NCBI GenBank assembly: GCA_035693125.1
Contig: DASSHB010000133.1
Span: 11,270-75,269 of the forward strand
Direction of reading: 5' to 3'
Origin: Candidatus Limnocylindrales bacterium
GTDB lineage: Bacteria > Chloroflexota > Limnocylindria > Limnocylindrales > CSP1-4
DNA length: 64,000 nucleotides
Shown: positions 25,447 through 34,390 of the stretch, piece after piece
Layout of the letters: each line of letters begins with the position of its first letter
How positions within the stretch are numbered: position 1 is the stretch's first letter
Position numbers and translations under genes: made by a program
The notes under the pieces: model-generated
The model's database searches: none
What the model was told of the DNA's origin: nothing
What the model saw: only the letters and a program-made list of their open reading frames with translations

Positions 25447-26002
25447 CGGTGGTCCCTCCAGGGTTGGGCGTCGAGGGCTGGCTCAGGGGCGCGACGACGA
25501 GGCCGGTCCCGGCCGTGCCCGTGACGGTGACGGCCGTGCCGGCCGGGATGTCGACCGACGCCGTGGCGCTGAACTCGTGGGTCTGGCCCTCGGCCTTGAC
25601 CCAGACGCTGCCGAAGTGCCCGGCCGGGATCGACACGGCCACCGACGCCTGTCGCCCGACGAGGCTCGACGTGGAGAACGGATTCGCGCCCTCCGATCGA
25701 CGAAGGGCCGTGAACATCGCGTACACGATGCCGAAGCCGAGCGCCCCACTGACCGTCCCGATCAGGGCGGCCTGGCTGGCGTGGACGCCCAGGACCTGGG
25801 TCGCGAACAGGCCGCCCACGCCGAACATCGAGACGAAGCCCAGGAGCAGCGGCATCAGCGACACGCCGCCGATGTCGAATCCGATGTGGAGGGCGTCGAG
25901 GATCCCGCCGAGGATGTCGTCGACGAGGACCGTGACGAGGAGCAGACCGCCGCCGAGCAGCGTGCAGATGACGAAGATCAGGTCCTCGATGGGAACGACC
26001 AT
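25439..26002 (-). CDS. NfeD-like membrane protein, short form (YuaF/YqiJ type)
   Basis: Three to four TM helices are followed by an OB-like C-terminus 'GRQASVAVSIPAGHFGSVWVKAEGQTHEFSA'. GGAGGT SD upstream; the 3' end overlaps the flotillin start by 8 nt. Confidence 0.75.
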   Translation of the reverse strand: MVVPIEDLIFVICTLLGGGLLLVTVLVDDILGGILDALHIGFDIGGVSLMPLLLGFVSMFGVGGLFATQVLGVHASQAALIGTVSGALGFGIVYAMFTALRRSEGANPFSTSSLVGRQASVAVSIPAGHFGSVWVKAEGQTHEFSATASVDIPAGTAVTVTGTAGTGLVVAPLSQPSTPNPGGTTGA

Positions 26003-26099
26003 CCCCTACCTCCACCCCGGCGCCGCGATGCGGCGTCCCTCCGCCGAAGGATACGACGCGGCGGGCCGGCGTCGACGGAGCTGAGCGGCCCGCGGGCCG

Positions 26100-26681
26100 T
26101 CAGCTCGAGGGGCCGAACAGGAGCGAGAGCCAGGACTCGAGCGGGGTCTGGTGATCGGTCGTCGCGCCGAGCCGGACCGACGCCGATCCGGGCGCGCCGT
26201 CGACCGGTGGCGGCACGTTCGGGTCGAGCGCGAAGGGGACCTCCCTGGGTCCGCCCAGCCCGAAGCCCCGGGCGACGACCGCGACGTGCTCCGGCTGCAC
26301 CACCTGATCGACCTCGTCCTGGAGGGACTGGACCTCGGCCGCGAGGGCGGCGTTGTCGGCCGCCATCTGGGTCGCCCGATTCGAAGCGGCCGTGGCGTCG
26401 CCGACCTGGCGGGCGAACACGATCACGATCCAGACCGCGAGGAGCGCCGACGCGGCGAAGCCGACCCGGCGCCTGGTGATCCCGGCGACGGTCAGGCCGG
26501 AGAGGTCGACCCGTTCGGTGCGCGGGCTGGCCGCCTCCTCGTCCGCGGGCTCCGGGACGGGCTGATCGGCGCGGCGGGACGACGCGGTCTCCTCGGTGAC
26601 GCGAGAGCCGCGGGAGTCGTCTGCCGTGGCGGCGCGGCGGCTCTGCACGTTCCGGCCATGGTAGCTGCCCGTAGCTACCAT
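26100..26681 (-). CDS. FtsB/DivIC-like septum-formation-initiator protein (putative)
   Basis: A single TM 'FAASALLAVWIVIVFA' is followed directly by a coiled-coil 'MAADNAALAAEVQSLQDEVDQV'. The N-terminus is disordered and the start is uncertain. Confidence 0.55.
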   Translation of the reverse strand: MVATGSYHGRNVQSRRAATADDSRGSRVTEETASSRRADQPVPEPADEEAASPRTERVDLSGLTVAGITRRRVGFAASALLAVWIVIVFARQVGDATAASNRATQMAADNAALAAEVQSLQDEVDQVVQPEHVAVVARGFGLGGPREVPFALDPNVPPPVDGAPGSASVRLGATTDHQTPLESWLSLLFGPSS

Positions 26682-26754
26682 GTCAACGCGGCGGGTTCTG
26701 TGACAACGAACCTGTCACGAGCGTCGGCGACCGTCCTGCTAGACTCCCGTCATT

Positions 26755-26770
26755 TCGTACATCTGTTCGA
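26755..26770 (+). promoter_or_regulatory. SOS-box-like (Cheo/LexA-type) palindrome upstream of the mrfA-like gene
   Basis: TCGTACATCTGTTCGA differs from the Gram-positive/actinobacterial consensus TCGAAC-N4-GTTCGA at one position. It sits 12 nt upstream of ATG 26782 and just downstream of a TAGACT -10-like hexamer (26740-26745). Confidence 0.5.
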
Positions 26771-26781
26771 AACGAGGCAGC

Positions 26782-29100
26782 ATGCGGACCTATGCGCCGG
26801 CGCCCACCGAGGTCGTCCTCGACCGGCTCCTCGAGGAGCCCTCGCTCGCTGCGGGGGTGACCCATCATGCCGTGATCCCGGCCCGGGAGGCGGAGTGGCA
26901 GGACTTCCCGGACTGGCTCGATCCGCGCATCCGGTCGGGCCTGGCGGGCCGCGGCATCGATCGCCTGTACGTCCACCAGGCCCAGGCGATCGAGGCCGTC
27001 CGGGCCGGGCGTGACGTCGTCGTCGTCACGCCGACCGCGTCGGGCAAGACGCTGTGCTACGCCCTTCCCGCCCTCCAGGCGATCGCGGAGGATCCCGCCG
27101 CGCGCGCCCTCTTCCTGTTCCCGACCAAGGCGCTCAGCCAGGACCAGACGGCCGAGTTCGCCGAGCTGGCCGTCGCATCCGGGCTCCAGATCTCGGCCGC
27201 CACGTACGACGGCGACACGCCGGCCCCGATCCGTTCGGCGATCCGCGGCGCCGGGCAGGTCGTCGTGACGAACCCGGACATGCTCCACTCGGCGATCCTC
27301 CCCCACCACACGAAATGGTTCCAGCTGTTCGAGCAGCTTCGGGTGATCGTCATCGACGAGCTCCACACGTACCGCGGCGTCTTCGGGAGCCACGTGGCGA
27401 ACGTCCTGCGCCGGCTGCTCCGGCTGTGCGCCCATTACGGCAGCCGGCCCGTGATCGTGTGCTGCTCCGCGACGATCGCGAATCCGCGCGAGCTCGCCGC
27501 GACCCTGACCGGTCGGGATCCGATCCTCGTCGACCGGAACGGCGCGCCGTCGGGCGAGCGCCACGTCCTCCTCGTCGAGCCGCCGCTGACCCACGCAGCC
27601 ACCGGCGCGCGCGGATCGAACCTCACCCTCGCCCATCGCTGGGCACTGCCGTTCCTGCGGGCCGGCCGCCAGACCGTCATCTTCGGCCGGAGCCGCGTGG
27701 CGGTCGAGATCATGCTCTCGACCCTGCGCGAGGCCCTCCGCCAGGACCTGGGACCGCGGTCGCGGGTGCGCGGCTATCGGGGTGGCTATCTGCCCACGGA
27801 GCGGCGGGCGATCGAGCAGGGCCTGCGCGAGGGCGAGATCCTCGGGGTCGTCGCCACGAATGCCCTCGAGCTCGGCGTCGACATCGGCCGGCTCGACGTC
27901 TCGATCCTTGCGGGCTATCCGGGCTCGGTCGCGGCCACCTGGCAGCAGATCGGGCGGGCGGGCCGCCGCGGCGGGACGAGCGTCGCGGTGCTCGTCGCAT
28001 CGGCCGCGCCGCTCGACCGCTACGTCGTCCGGCACCCCGAGTTCCTGCTCGGCGCACGGGCGGAAGAAGCCCGGCTCGATCCGGACAACCTCCATGTCCT
28101 GATCGCGCACCTGCGCTGCGCCACGTTCGAGCTGCCGTTCGAGCCGGGCGAGGTCTTCGGGCCGGCCGTCGCCGACGAGCTGCTCGCGTTCGTCGCGGAG
28201 TCCGGCCACATCCGCCAGGCCGAGGACGGTCGCTGGTACTGGAGCTCCGAGAACTTCCCGGCGTCGGAGGTGTCGCTCCGGACGGCGGCGCCCGAGAACG
28301 TCGTGATCATCGACACCACGCCTGACCGGCCCCGGGTCCTGGGTGAGACGGACCTGTTCTCGGCTCAGGTCCTCGTCCACGAACGCGCGATCTACCTGCA
28401 CGAGTCGGTCCAGTACTACGTCGACCGCCTCGATTGGAGCGAGAAGAAGGCGTATGTCCACCGGATCGACGTCGACCACTACACGTACGCGAACCGGGCA
28501 GTCACGCTCAAGCCCCTCGACGTGTTCGCCGAGGCGCCAGTCCCGGGCGGCCGGCGCGTCCATGGCGAGGTGATGGTCGCGAGCCTCGTCACGCTCTTCA
28601 AGAAGCTGAAGTTCGGGACGGACGAGAACGTCGGCTGGGGCCCGATCGACCTGCCCGAGCTCGAGCTCCAGACGACGGCCTATTGGCTGACGGCTGAGCA
28701 CCTGCCGACCAGCTGGCGGCGGAACGAGCTGGACGTCGCCTTGATGGCTGCCGGCCGGGCGATCCAGACCGTCGCGTCGGTCCTGTTGATGGGCGACCCG
28801 CACGACCTGGGCCTCGTGACCCAGGTCCGGTCGCCGCACCACGACGCGCCGACGATCTACCTCTGGGAAGCGACGCCGGGCGGGATCGGGCTGAGCGCTC
28901 GCCTGTACGAGCTCCATGACGAGCTGATTCGCGGTGCGGCGGAGCTCATCCGCGACTGCGGGTGCGAGAGCGGTTGCCCGGCCTGTACGGGACCACGGCT
29001 GGAGCCCGACCTCGATGCGAAGGCGCTCGCCCTTCGCCTCCTCGGCGAGCTGGAGACGCGGACCGACGACCCGTCCGCGCTCGACCTCGTCTCGGCATGA
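26782..29100 (+). CDS. mrfA: DEAD/DEAH-box helicase with C-terminal DUF1998/MZB zinc domain (MrfA/YprA-like)
   Basis: 'TPTASGKT' (motif I), 'VIDELH' (motif II), 'SATIANP' (motif III), 'TNALELGVDIG', 'QQIGRAGRR' (motif VI) and C-terminal 'CGCESGCPACTG'. Confidence 0.85.
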   Translation: MRTYAPAPTEVVLDRLLEEPSLAAGVTHHAVIPAREAEWQDFPDWLDPRIRSGLAGRGIDRLYVHQAQAIEAVRAGRDVVVVTPTASGKTLCYALPALQAIAEDPAARALFLFPTKALSQDQTAEFAELAVASGLQISAATYDGDTPAPIRSAIRGAGQVVVTNPDMLHSAILPHHTKWFQLFEQLRVIVIDELHTYRGVFGSHVANVLRRLLRLCAHYGSRPVIVCCSATIANPRELAATLTGRDPILVDRNGAPSGERHVLLVEPPLTHAATGARGSNLTLAHRWALPFLRAGRQTVIFGRSRVAVEIMLSTLREALRQDLGPRSRVRGYRGGYLPTERRAIEQGLREGEILGVVATNALELGVDIGRLDVSILAGYPGSVAATWQQIGRAGRRGGTSVAVLVASAAPLDRYVVRHPEFLLGARAEEARLDPDNLHVLIAHLRCATFELPFEPGEVFGPAVADELLAFVAESGHIRQAEDGRWYWSSENFPASEVSLRTAAPENVVIIDTTPDRPRVLGETDLFSAQVLVHERAIYLHESVQYYVDRLDWSEKKAYVHRIDVDHYTYANRAVTLKPLDVFAEAPVPGGRRVHGEVMVASLVTLFKKLKFGTDENVGWGPIDLPELELQTTAYWLTAEHLPTSWRRNELDVALMAAGRAIQTVASVLLMGDPHDLGLVTQVRSPHHDAPTIYLWEATPGGIGLSARLYELHDELIRGAAELIRDCGCESGCPACTGPRLEPDLDAKALALRLLGELETRTDDPSALDLVSA

Positions 29101-30590
29101 GCGGCGCGACGCTCGAGCGACGGCTCGCGAACTACCGCGCCGCCATCCGAGCGGGCGCCGGCGACTCGGCGCCGGGCACGACCCGCGACCCCGGCGATCG
29201 GCTCGACGGAGGCGTCGTCCGGGGCTCGATCGAGCTCGGCCGGCGCCTGGCCGAGGCCCTCGATGGCGAGCTGATCCTGGATCCGGCCGGCCCGGTCGTG
29301 ATCGTCGAGCCGGCGACCGTCGTGCTGCCGATCGACCGCCAGCGGCTGGCGGCGCTGCCCGGCATGCCGCCGCGAGACGCGCCGCTCGTCTGCATCGACA
29401 CCGAGACGACGGGGCTCGCCACCGCCTCGGGGACGGTCGCGTTCCTCGTCGGCCTGGGCTGGTGGGAGGACGACCGCTTCCGGCAGGCGCAGCTGCTGCT
29501 GCCCGACCATCCGGCCGAGCGCGGCCTGCTCGCCCGGCTCGCTGCCCACGTCCCGACGAACGCCTGGCTCGTCAGCTACAACGGCCGGGGCTTCGACTGG
29601 CCGTTGCTCGTCGCCCGCTACCGGATGGCCGGGGTCGCGGCCCCGCCGCACGCGGGCCACCTCGACCTCCTGCCGTTCGTCCGTCGCGTCTACCGCCATC
29701 GGATGGCCGATGCCCGCCTGCGGACCGTCGAGACCGAGCTGCTCGGGACGATCCGCCACGGCGACGTCGATGGGTGGCAGATTCCGGGCCTGTTCCTCGA
29801 TTTCCTGCGAGGCGGCGAGGCGTGGCCCCTGATCGACGTCGTCCGCCACAATCGCGAGGACGTGCGCTCGCTCGGCCGGCTGCTCGGTCGGATCGATGGC
29901 ACGTTCGGCGACGCCGAGGCTCGTCGCGCGCAACCGATCGGCGACCTTGCCGGCCTGTCCCGGGCCTTCGGGCGGGGCGGCCGGTTGACCGAGGCGCTGG
30001 ACTGCCTCGATGCGGCGATCGATGCGACCCAGCCGCCGGGCGGCCACGTGGCCCGCGAGACGGCAGCCGTGCTCGGCGACGGCGAAGGCGGCGGCGAGGG
30101 CAAGGCAGCGTGGTGGCATCCGAACCAGCGAGCCGATGTCGGCGGCAGGCTCCCGCGGCGCTCCTGGCAGCGACTCGTCGACGGCCGGCTCGAGTCGCCG
30201 TGGACCGCCGAGCGCGTCGCGATCGAGCGGGCCCGGCTGCTCCGCCGGCTGCGCCGCTACGAGGATGCGGTCGGTGCCTGGCTCGACCTGGCCCAGGGTC
30301 GCGGCGCGGTCGCCGTTCAGGCGTGGATCGAGGTCGCGAAGCTGCGTGAGCACCGACTCGGAGACCCGGACGGCGCGCTCGACGCGGCGATCCGTGCCGC
30401 ACGGCTCGCCGAGGGGCGGCGCCGGATGGGCCTGGGCGATCCCGCCACGGAGCGCGCGCTGCGCGAGCGCCTCGAACGGCTCCGTCGACGTGTCGCCGCG
30501 GCCAGGGCGGCGAAGCCTCAGGCGGCGACGCGCTCCACGGCCATCGCGACCGAGCCGCCACCACCCAGGCAGAGCGTCGCCAGCCCGTAG
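29097..30590 (+). CDS. mrfB: RNase-H-fold (DnaQ-like) exonuclease with helical repeat C-terminus (MrfB/YprB-like)
   Basis: 'LVCIDTETTGL', 'SYNGRGFDWPLL' and 'RHNREDV' form a DEDD-like exonuclease motif set. The ATG at 29097 overlaps the mrfA stop (ATGA). Confidence 0.75.
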   Translation: MSGATLERRLANYRAAIRAGAGDSAPGTTRDPGDRLDGGVVRGSIELGRRLAEALDGELILDPAGPVVIVEPATVVLPIDRQRLAALPGMPPRDAPLVCIDTETTGLATASGTVAFLVGLGWWEDDRFRQAQLLLPDHPAERGLLARLAAHVPTNAWLVSYNGRGFDWPLLVARYRMAGVAAPPHAGHLDLLPFVRRVYRHRMADARLRTVETELLGTIRHGDVDGWQIPGLFLDFLRGGEAWPLIDVVRHNREDVRSLGRLLGRIDGTFGDAEARRAQPIGDLAGLSRAFGRGGRLTEALDCLDAAIDATQPPGGHVARETAAVLGDGEGGGEGKAAWWHPNQRADVGGRLPRRSWQRLVDGRLESPWTAERVAIERARLLRRLRRYEDAVGAWLDLAQGRGAVAVQAWIEVAKLREHRLGDPDGALDAAIRAARLAEGRRRMGLGDPATERALRERLERLRRRVAAARAAKPQAATRSTAIATEPPPPRQSVASP

Positions 30591-31762
30591 CGGCCCTCGC
30601 GACGCCCCAGCTCGTAGAGCAGCGTGGCGACGATCCGTGCCCCGGATGCCCCGATCGGGTGACCCAGGGCGATGGCCCCGCCATTGACGTTGACCTTGTC
30701 CCAGTCGAATCCGAGCTCGCGGCCATCGGCGAGGGTCTGCGCGGCGAACGCCTCGTTGATCTCGATCAGATCGAACGCCTCGATCGGCAGCTCGATCCGA
30801 TCCAGCAGGCGGCGGACCCCGGTGACCGGGGCCAGGAACAGCCACTTGGGCGCGACCTCTGCCTGCGTGTAGCCGACGATCCGGGCCAGGGGCTTCAGGC
30901 CGTGCCGTTCCACGGCGCGCTCGCTGGCCACGATCGTGGCCGCGGCCCCGTCGGTGATTCCCGGGGCGTTGCCGGCGGTGACCGTCCCGACCGTCGCATC
31001 GCCGCGGTCGTCGCCGACCGGCAGGTCGAACACCGGCTTCAGCCGGGCGAGCGCCTCCAGCGACGTGTCGCGCCGCGGACCCTCGTCGGTGTCGACGACC
31101 GTCTCGCGGCCCTTCGCATCGCGGATCGTGACCGGCGCGAGCTCGGCCGCGAACCGCCCCGAATCCTGGGCAGCGACCGCGCGCTCGTGGGAGCGGAGCG
31201 CGAATGCGTCCTGGTCCTCGCGGCTGACGTGGTCGCGGATCGCGACGCGCTCGGCGTGCGTGCCCATGTGGCACCCCTCGAACGCGCAGGTCAGCCCATC
31301 CGCCACCGCCGAATCGATCAGCCGGCCGTCGCCCAACCGGTAGCCGAAGCGGGCGCGCTCCAGGAGGAACGGCGCGCGGTTCATGCTCTCCATCCCGCCC
31401 GCGACCACGATCTCGGCATCGCCGGCCCGGATCTCGGCGGCGCCGAGCATGATCGACTTGAGGCCCGAGCCGCAGACCCTGTTGATCGTCGTCGCGGACG
31501 TCGAATCCGCGAGGCCCGCCTCGAGCGCCGCCTGGCGCGCCGGCGCCTGCCCGACGCCCGCCTGGAGGACTTGGCCCATCAGGACCTCGTCGACCGGCGT
31601 GTCGGCCGGCAGGCCGGATCGCTCGAGGGCGGCCCGGATCGCGACTCCGCCGAGGGTCGTTGCCGGAACGTCGGCCAGCGCCCCGCCGAACTTGCCGATC
31701 GGCGTCCGGGCGGCGCTCACGATGAAGACCTGGCCGTTCCGGCCGGCTGCACCCTCGACCAT
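30518..31762 (-). CDS. acetyl-CoA C-acetyltransferase (thiolase)
   Basis: 'VNRVCGSGL' (active-site Cys), 'NEAFAAQ', 'NVNGGAIALGHPIGASG' and 'CLGGGGSVAM'. Confidence 0.9.
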   Translation of the reverse strand: MVEGAAGRNGQVFIVSAARTPIGKFGGALADVPATTLGGVAIRAALERSGLPADTPVDEVLMGQVLQAGVGQAPARQAALEAGLADSTSATTINRVCGSGLKSIMLGAAEIRAGDAEIVVAGGMESMNRAPFLLERARFGYRLGDGRLIDSAVADGLTCAFEGCHMGTHAERVAIRDHVSREDQDAFALRSHERAVAAQDSGRFAAELAPVTIRDAKGRETVVDTDEGPRRDTSLEALARLKPVFDLPVGDDRGDATVGTVTAGNAPGITDGAAATIVASERAVERHGLKPLARIVGYTQAEVAPKWLFLAPVTGVRRLLDRIELPIEAFDLIEINEAFAAQTLADGRELGFDWDKVNVNGGAIALGHPIGASGARIVATLLYELGRREGRYGLATLCLGGGGSVAMAVERVAA

Positions 31763-33339
31763 CAGCGGGTCCGGGGGAACCCCAGGTCGATCTTCGAGGT
31801 CCCGGGATCCGGCCAGCGCTGGGTCACGATCTTGGCCCGCGTGTAGAACTGAATCCCTTCCGGGCCGTACATGTGGAGATCGCCGAAGAGCGAGTGCTTC
31901 CAGCCGCCGAAGCTGTAGTAGGCGACCGGCACCGGGATCGGGACGTTGATCCCGACCATGCCCGCGTTCACCTCGAACTGGAACTGGCGGGCCGCGCCGC
32001 CGTCGCGGGTGAAGATCGCCGTCCCGTTGCCGTACGGGTTGTCATTGATGAGCGTCACCGCGTCCCGGTAGGTCGGGACCCGGACGACGGTCAGGACCGG
32101 GCCGAAGATCTCGTCCTTGTAGGCGTCCATCTCGGTCGAGACCCCGTCGATCAATGACGCACCCAGGAAGAATCCGTCGGAGTCCTTGTAGAGCGGGTGC
32201 TCACGCCCGTCGGCAACGACCGTCGCACCCTGAGCGGCGGAGCTGTCGAGGTACGAGGCGACCTTGTCGCGGTGCTGCTTCGTGACGAGCGGCCCCATCT
32301 CGGCCTCGGGATCCGTCCCCGGGCCTACCTTGATCTTCGGCAAACGGGCCTTGATCGCGTCGACCAGCGGGTCGGCGACGTCCCCGACGGCCACGACCGT
32401 GGCGATCGCCATGCAGCGCTCACCCGCGGAGCCGTAGCCGGCCGAGATCGCGGCGTCGGCCGCCATGTCGATGTCGGCGTCGGGCAGGACGATCATGTGG
32501 TTCTTCGCGCCGCCGAGGGCCTGGACACGCTTTCCGTTGCGGGTCCCGGTCTCGTAGATATAGCGGGCGATCGGCGTCGAGCCGACGAACGAGACCGCGG
32601 CGATGTCGGGATGCTCGAGGATCGCGTCGACGGCGACCTTGTCGCCATGGACGACATTGAAGACGCCATCGGGGACGCCCGCCTCGTGGAGCAGCTCGGC
32701 GATGAAGAGCGCCGCGGACGGGTCCTTCTCGGACGGCTTCAGGATGAACGTGTTGCCGCACGCGATCGCGTTCCCGAACATCCACATCGGGACCATCGCC
32801 GGGAAGTTGAACGGGGTGATTCCGGCGACCACGCCGAGCGGCTGGCGGATCTGGTAGACGTCCACCCCGGTCGACGCCTGCTCGGTGAAGCCGCCCTTGA
32901 GCAGGCTCGGGATGCCGCACGCGAATTCGATGTTCTCGAGGCCGCGGGCAATCTCGCCCAAGGCATCCGACGGCACCTTGCCGTGCTCGGCCGTCAGGTG
33001 CGCCGCGAGCTCCTTGCGGTGCGCGTCGATCAGGTTCCGGATCCGGAACAGGATGTCGGTCCTCTTCGAGATCGAGGTGGAGCGCCAGCCGGGGAAGGCG
33101 GCCTTCGCGGACGCGACCGCGACGTCGATCTCCTCGACGGACGCGAAATCGACCTCGCGAGCCTGGCGACCGGTCGCCGGGTCGAAGACCGGCCCGCGCC
33201 GCCCCGAGGTCCCTTCGACCAGCCGGCCGTTGATCCAGTGGTGGACGGTCCCGCCGCCGGCCGGCTGCGCCTCGCCCTGGACTCGCGCGCTGCCCGGCTC
33301 CGCGACCTGTGTCATCTCTTCGATCCTGCCTTCCGTCAC
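31762..33339 (-). CDS. mmsA: CoA-acylating methylmalonate-semialdehyde dehydrogenase
   Basis: 'ITPFNFPAMVPMWM', 'FILKPSEKDP', 'FVGSTPIARYIY' and 'GERCMA' are MmsA/IolA-type ALDH motifs. ATG at 33312 is an alternative start. Confidence 0.9.
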   Translation of the reverse strand: MTEGRIEEMTQVAEPGSARVQGEAQPAGGGTVHHWINGRLVEGTSGRRGPVFDPATGRQAREVDFASVEEIDVAVASAKAAFPGWRSTSISKRTDILFRIRNLIDAHRKELAAHLTAEHGKVPSDALGEIARGLENIEFACGIPSLLKGGFTEQASTGVDVYQIRQPLGVVAGITPFNFPAMVPMWMFGNAIACGNTFILKPSEKDPSAALFIAELLHEAGVPDGVFNVVHGDKVAVDAILEHPDIAAVSFVGSTPIARYIYETGTRNGKRVQALGGAKNHMIVLPDADIDMAADAAISAGYGSAGERCMAIATVVAVGDVADPLVDAIKARLPKIKVGPGTDPEAEMGPLVTKQHRDKVASYLDSSAAQGATVVADGREHPLYKDSDGFFLGASLIDGVSTEMDAYKDEIFGPVLTVVRVPTYRDAVTLINDNPYGNGTAIFTRDGGAARQFQFEVNAGMVGINVPIPVPVAYYSFGGWKHSLFGDLHMYGPEGIQFYTRAKIVTQRWPDPGTSKIDLGFPRTR

Positions 33340-33383
33340 GCCCGGTCCGCCGGACGTCGTTCCGTCATGTCGGTGCGAACAGC

Positions 33384-34337
33384 CTACCGCGGAGCCGCCG
33401 CCCCGGCCACCGGACCACCCTCCCGGATCCGGGCACGGACGGCGGCGCGATCCGGGACGCCGAGGAGGCCGGGGCCCTCCAGCACGAGGGAGGCCGCGGC
33501 CGCGGCGAGGAGGAGGTCCAGGCCATGCCCGGTGCGACCGCCGACGAGACGCGGCTCGATGCGCGCGGCAGCCAGGGCCGCCAGGAAGACATCCCCGGCG
33601 CCGGTCGGGTCCACGGGCCGATGGCTCTTGATGGCCGGGTAGTGGCGCAGCTCGAGGGCCGCCTCGGGCTCGCCGTGGGCCGAATGCGCGCCGTGGACGA
33701 TCAGCCCACCGCGATCGCCCTGGGTCACCGCCAATGACGCCCCGCGATGGAGGAGCCGATAGAGGTCGGCGAGCTCCGTCTCGCGGTCGATGTCGTCCCG
33801 GGACAAGCCGATGAGGTCCGCCCGGGCGACGATCGGGTCCGGCCGCGGCGCGACGTGATGGGTGGGCTCGCCGGGCACGAGCTCGCGCAGGAGTCCTTGC
33901 CAGCCGACCGCCACGAGGGCCTCGGCGGCGGGCAGGTCGGCCCAGGCCGCCGGCAGCTCGGCGGCAACCGGGGCCAGGATCCAGCCTGGCGCGTCACGCC
34001 ACTCGGCCGGGACGGCATCGGCCGGGACTGGGTCGGAGCGGTCCTCGCAGAGCTGGTGACGGCCTTCCGGGCGCTCGATGTTCACGAACACCGGACCGTG
34101 ATCGAGGGGCACGAGCCGGACGTCGACGCCGGCCTGGCGGAGGAGATCCAGCTCGGGCGCCGTGGCCGCCAGGGCGTCGACGCCCACGAGGGCCGCCGTG
34201 GGCAGGCCCAGCCGCGCGGTGGTCAGTGCGCTGTACGAGACGCCACCACCCAGGCGCCAGCCGCGCGGGTCGTCGTCGACGAGGTCACGCGCCGCCGAGC
34301 CCACGACCACGACCGTCGGGCTGGTCGCGCCCGTCAC
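33384..34337 (-). CDS. PfkB-family carbohydrate/nucleoside kinase
   Basis: N-terminal 'VVVVGSAARDL', 'GGGVSYSA', and the C-terminal 'DPTGAGDVFLAA' PfkB signature. Confidence 0.75.
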   Translation of the reverse strand: MTGATSPTVVVVGSAARDLVDDDPRGWRLGGGVSYSALTTARLGLPTAALVGVDALAATAPELDLLRQAGVDVRLVPLDHGPVFVNIERPEGRHQLCEDRSDPVPADAVPAEWRDAPGWILAPVAAELPAAWADLPAAEALVAVGWQGLLRELVPGEPTHHVAPRPDPIVARADLIGLSRDDIDRETELADLYRLLHRGASLAVTQGDRGGLIVHGAHSAHGEPEAALELRHYPAIKSHRPVDPTGAGDVFLAALAAARIEPRLVGGRTGHGLDLLLAAAAASLVLEGPGLLGVPDRAAVRARIREGGPVAGAAAPR

Positions 34338-34390
34338 CGACCGGCGCTCATCAGGGGGACCCGCGAAGACCGCATGCGATACTCGACCCC

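Noticed and set aside
19586-25524. Plus-strand ORFs of 908 aa (19586..22312) and 881 aa (22879..25524)
   Set aside because: They are antisense shadows of the molybdenum hydroxylase large subunit and of the carbonic anhydrase and flotillin genes. Their composition is Arg/Gly/Asp-rich and they have no recognisable domains, while the opposite strand encodes well-supported proteins.
26683-31274. Minus-strand ORFs of 744 aa (26683..28917) and 805 aa (28857..31274)
   Set aside because: They are antisense to the mrfA-like and mrfB-like genes. Their translations are Arg/Pro/Asp-rich and featureless, whereas the plus strand carries complete helicase and exonuclease motif sets.
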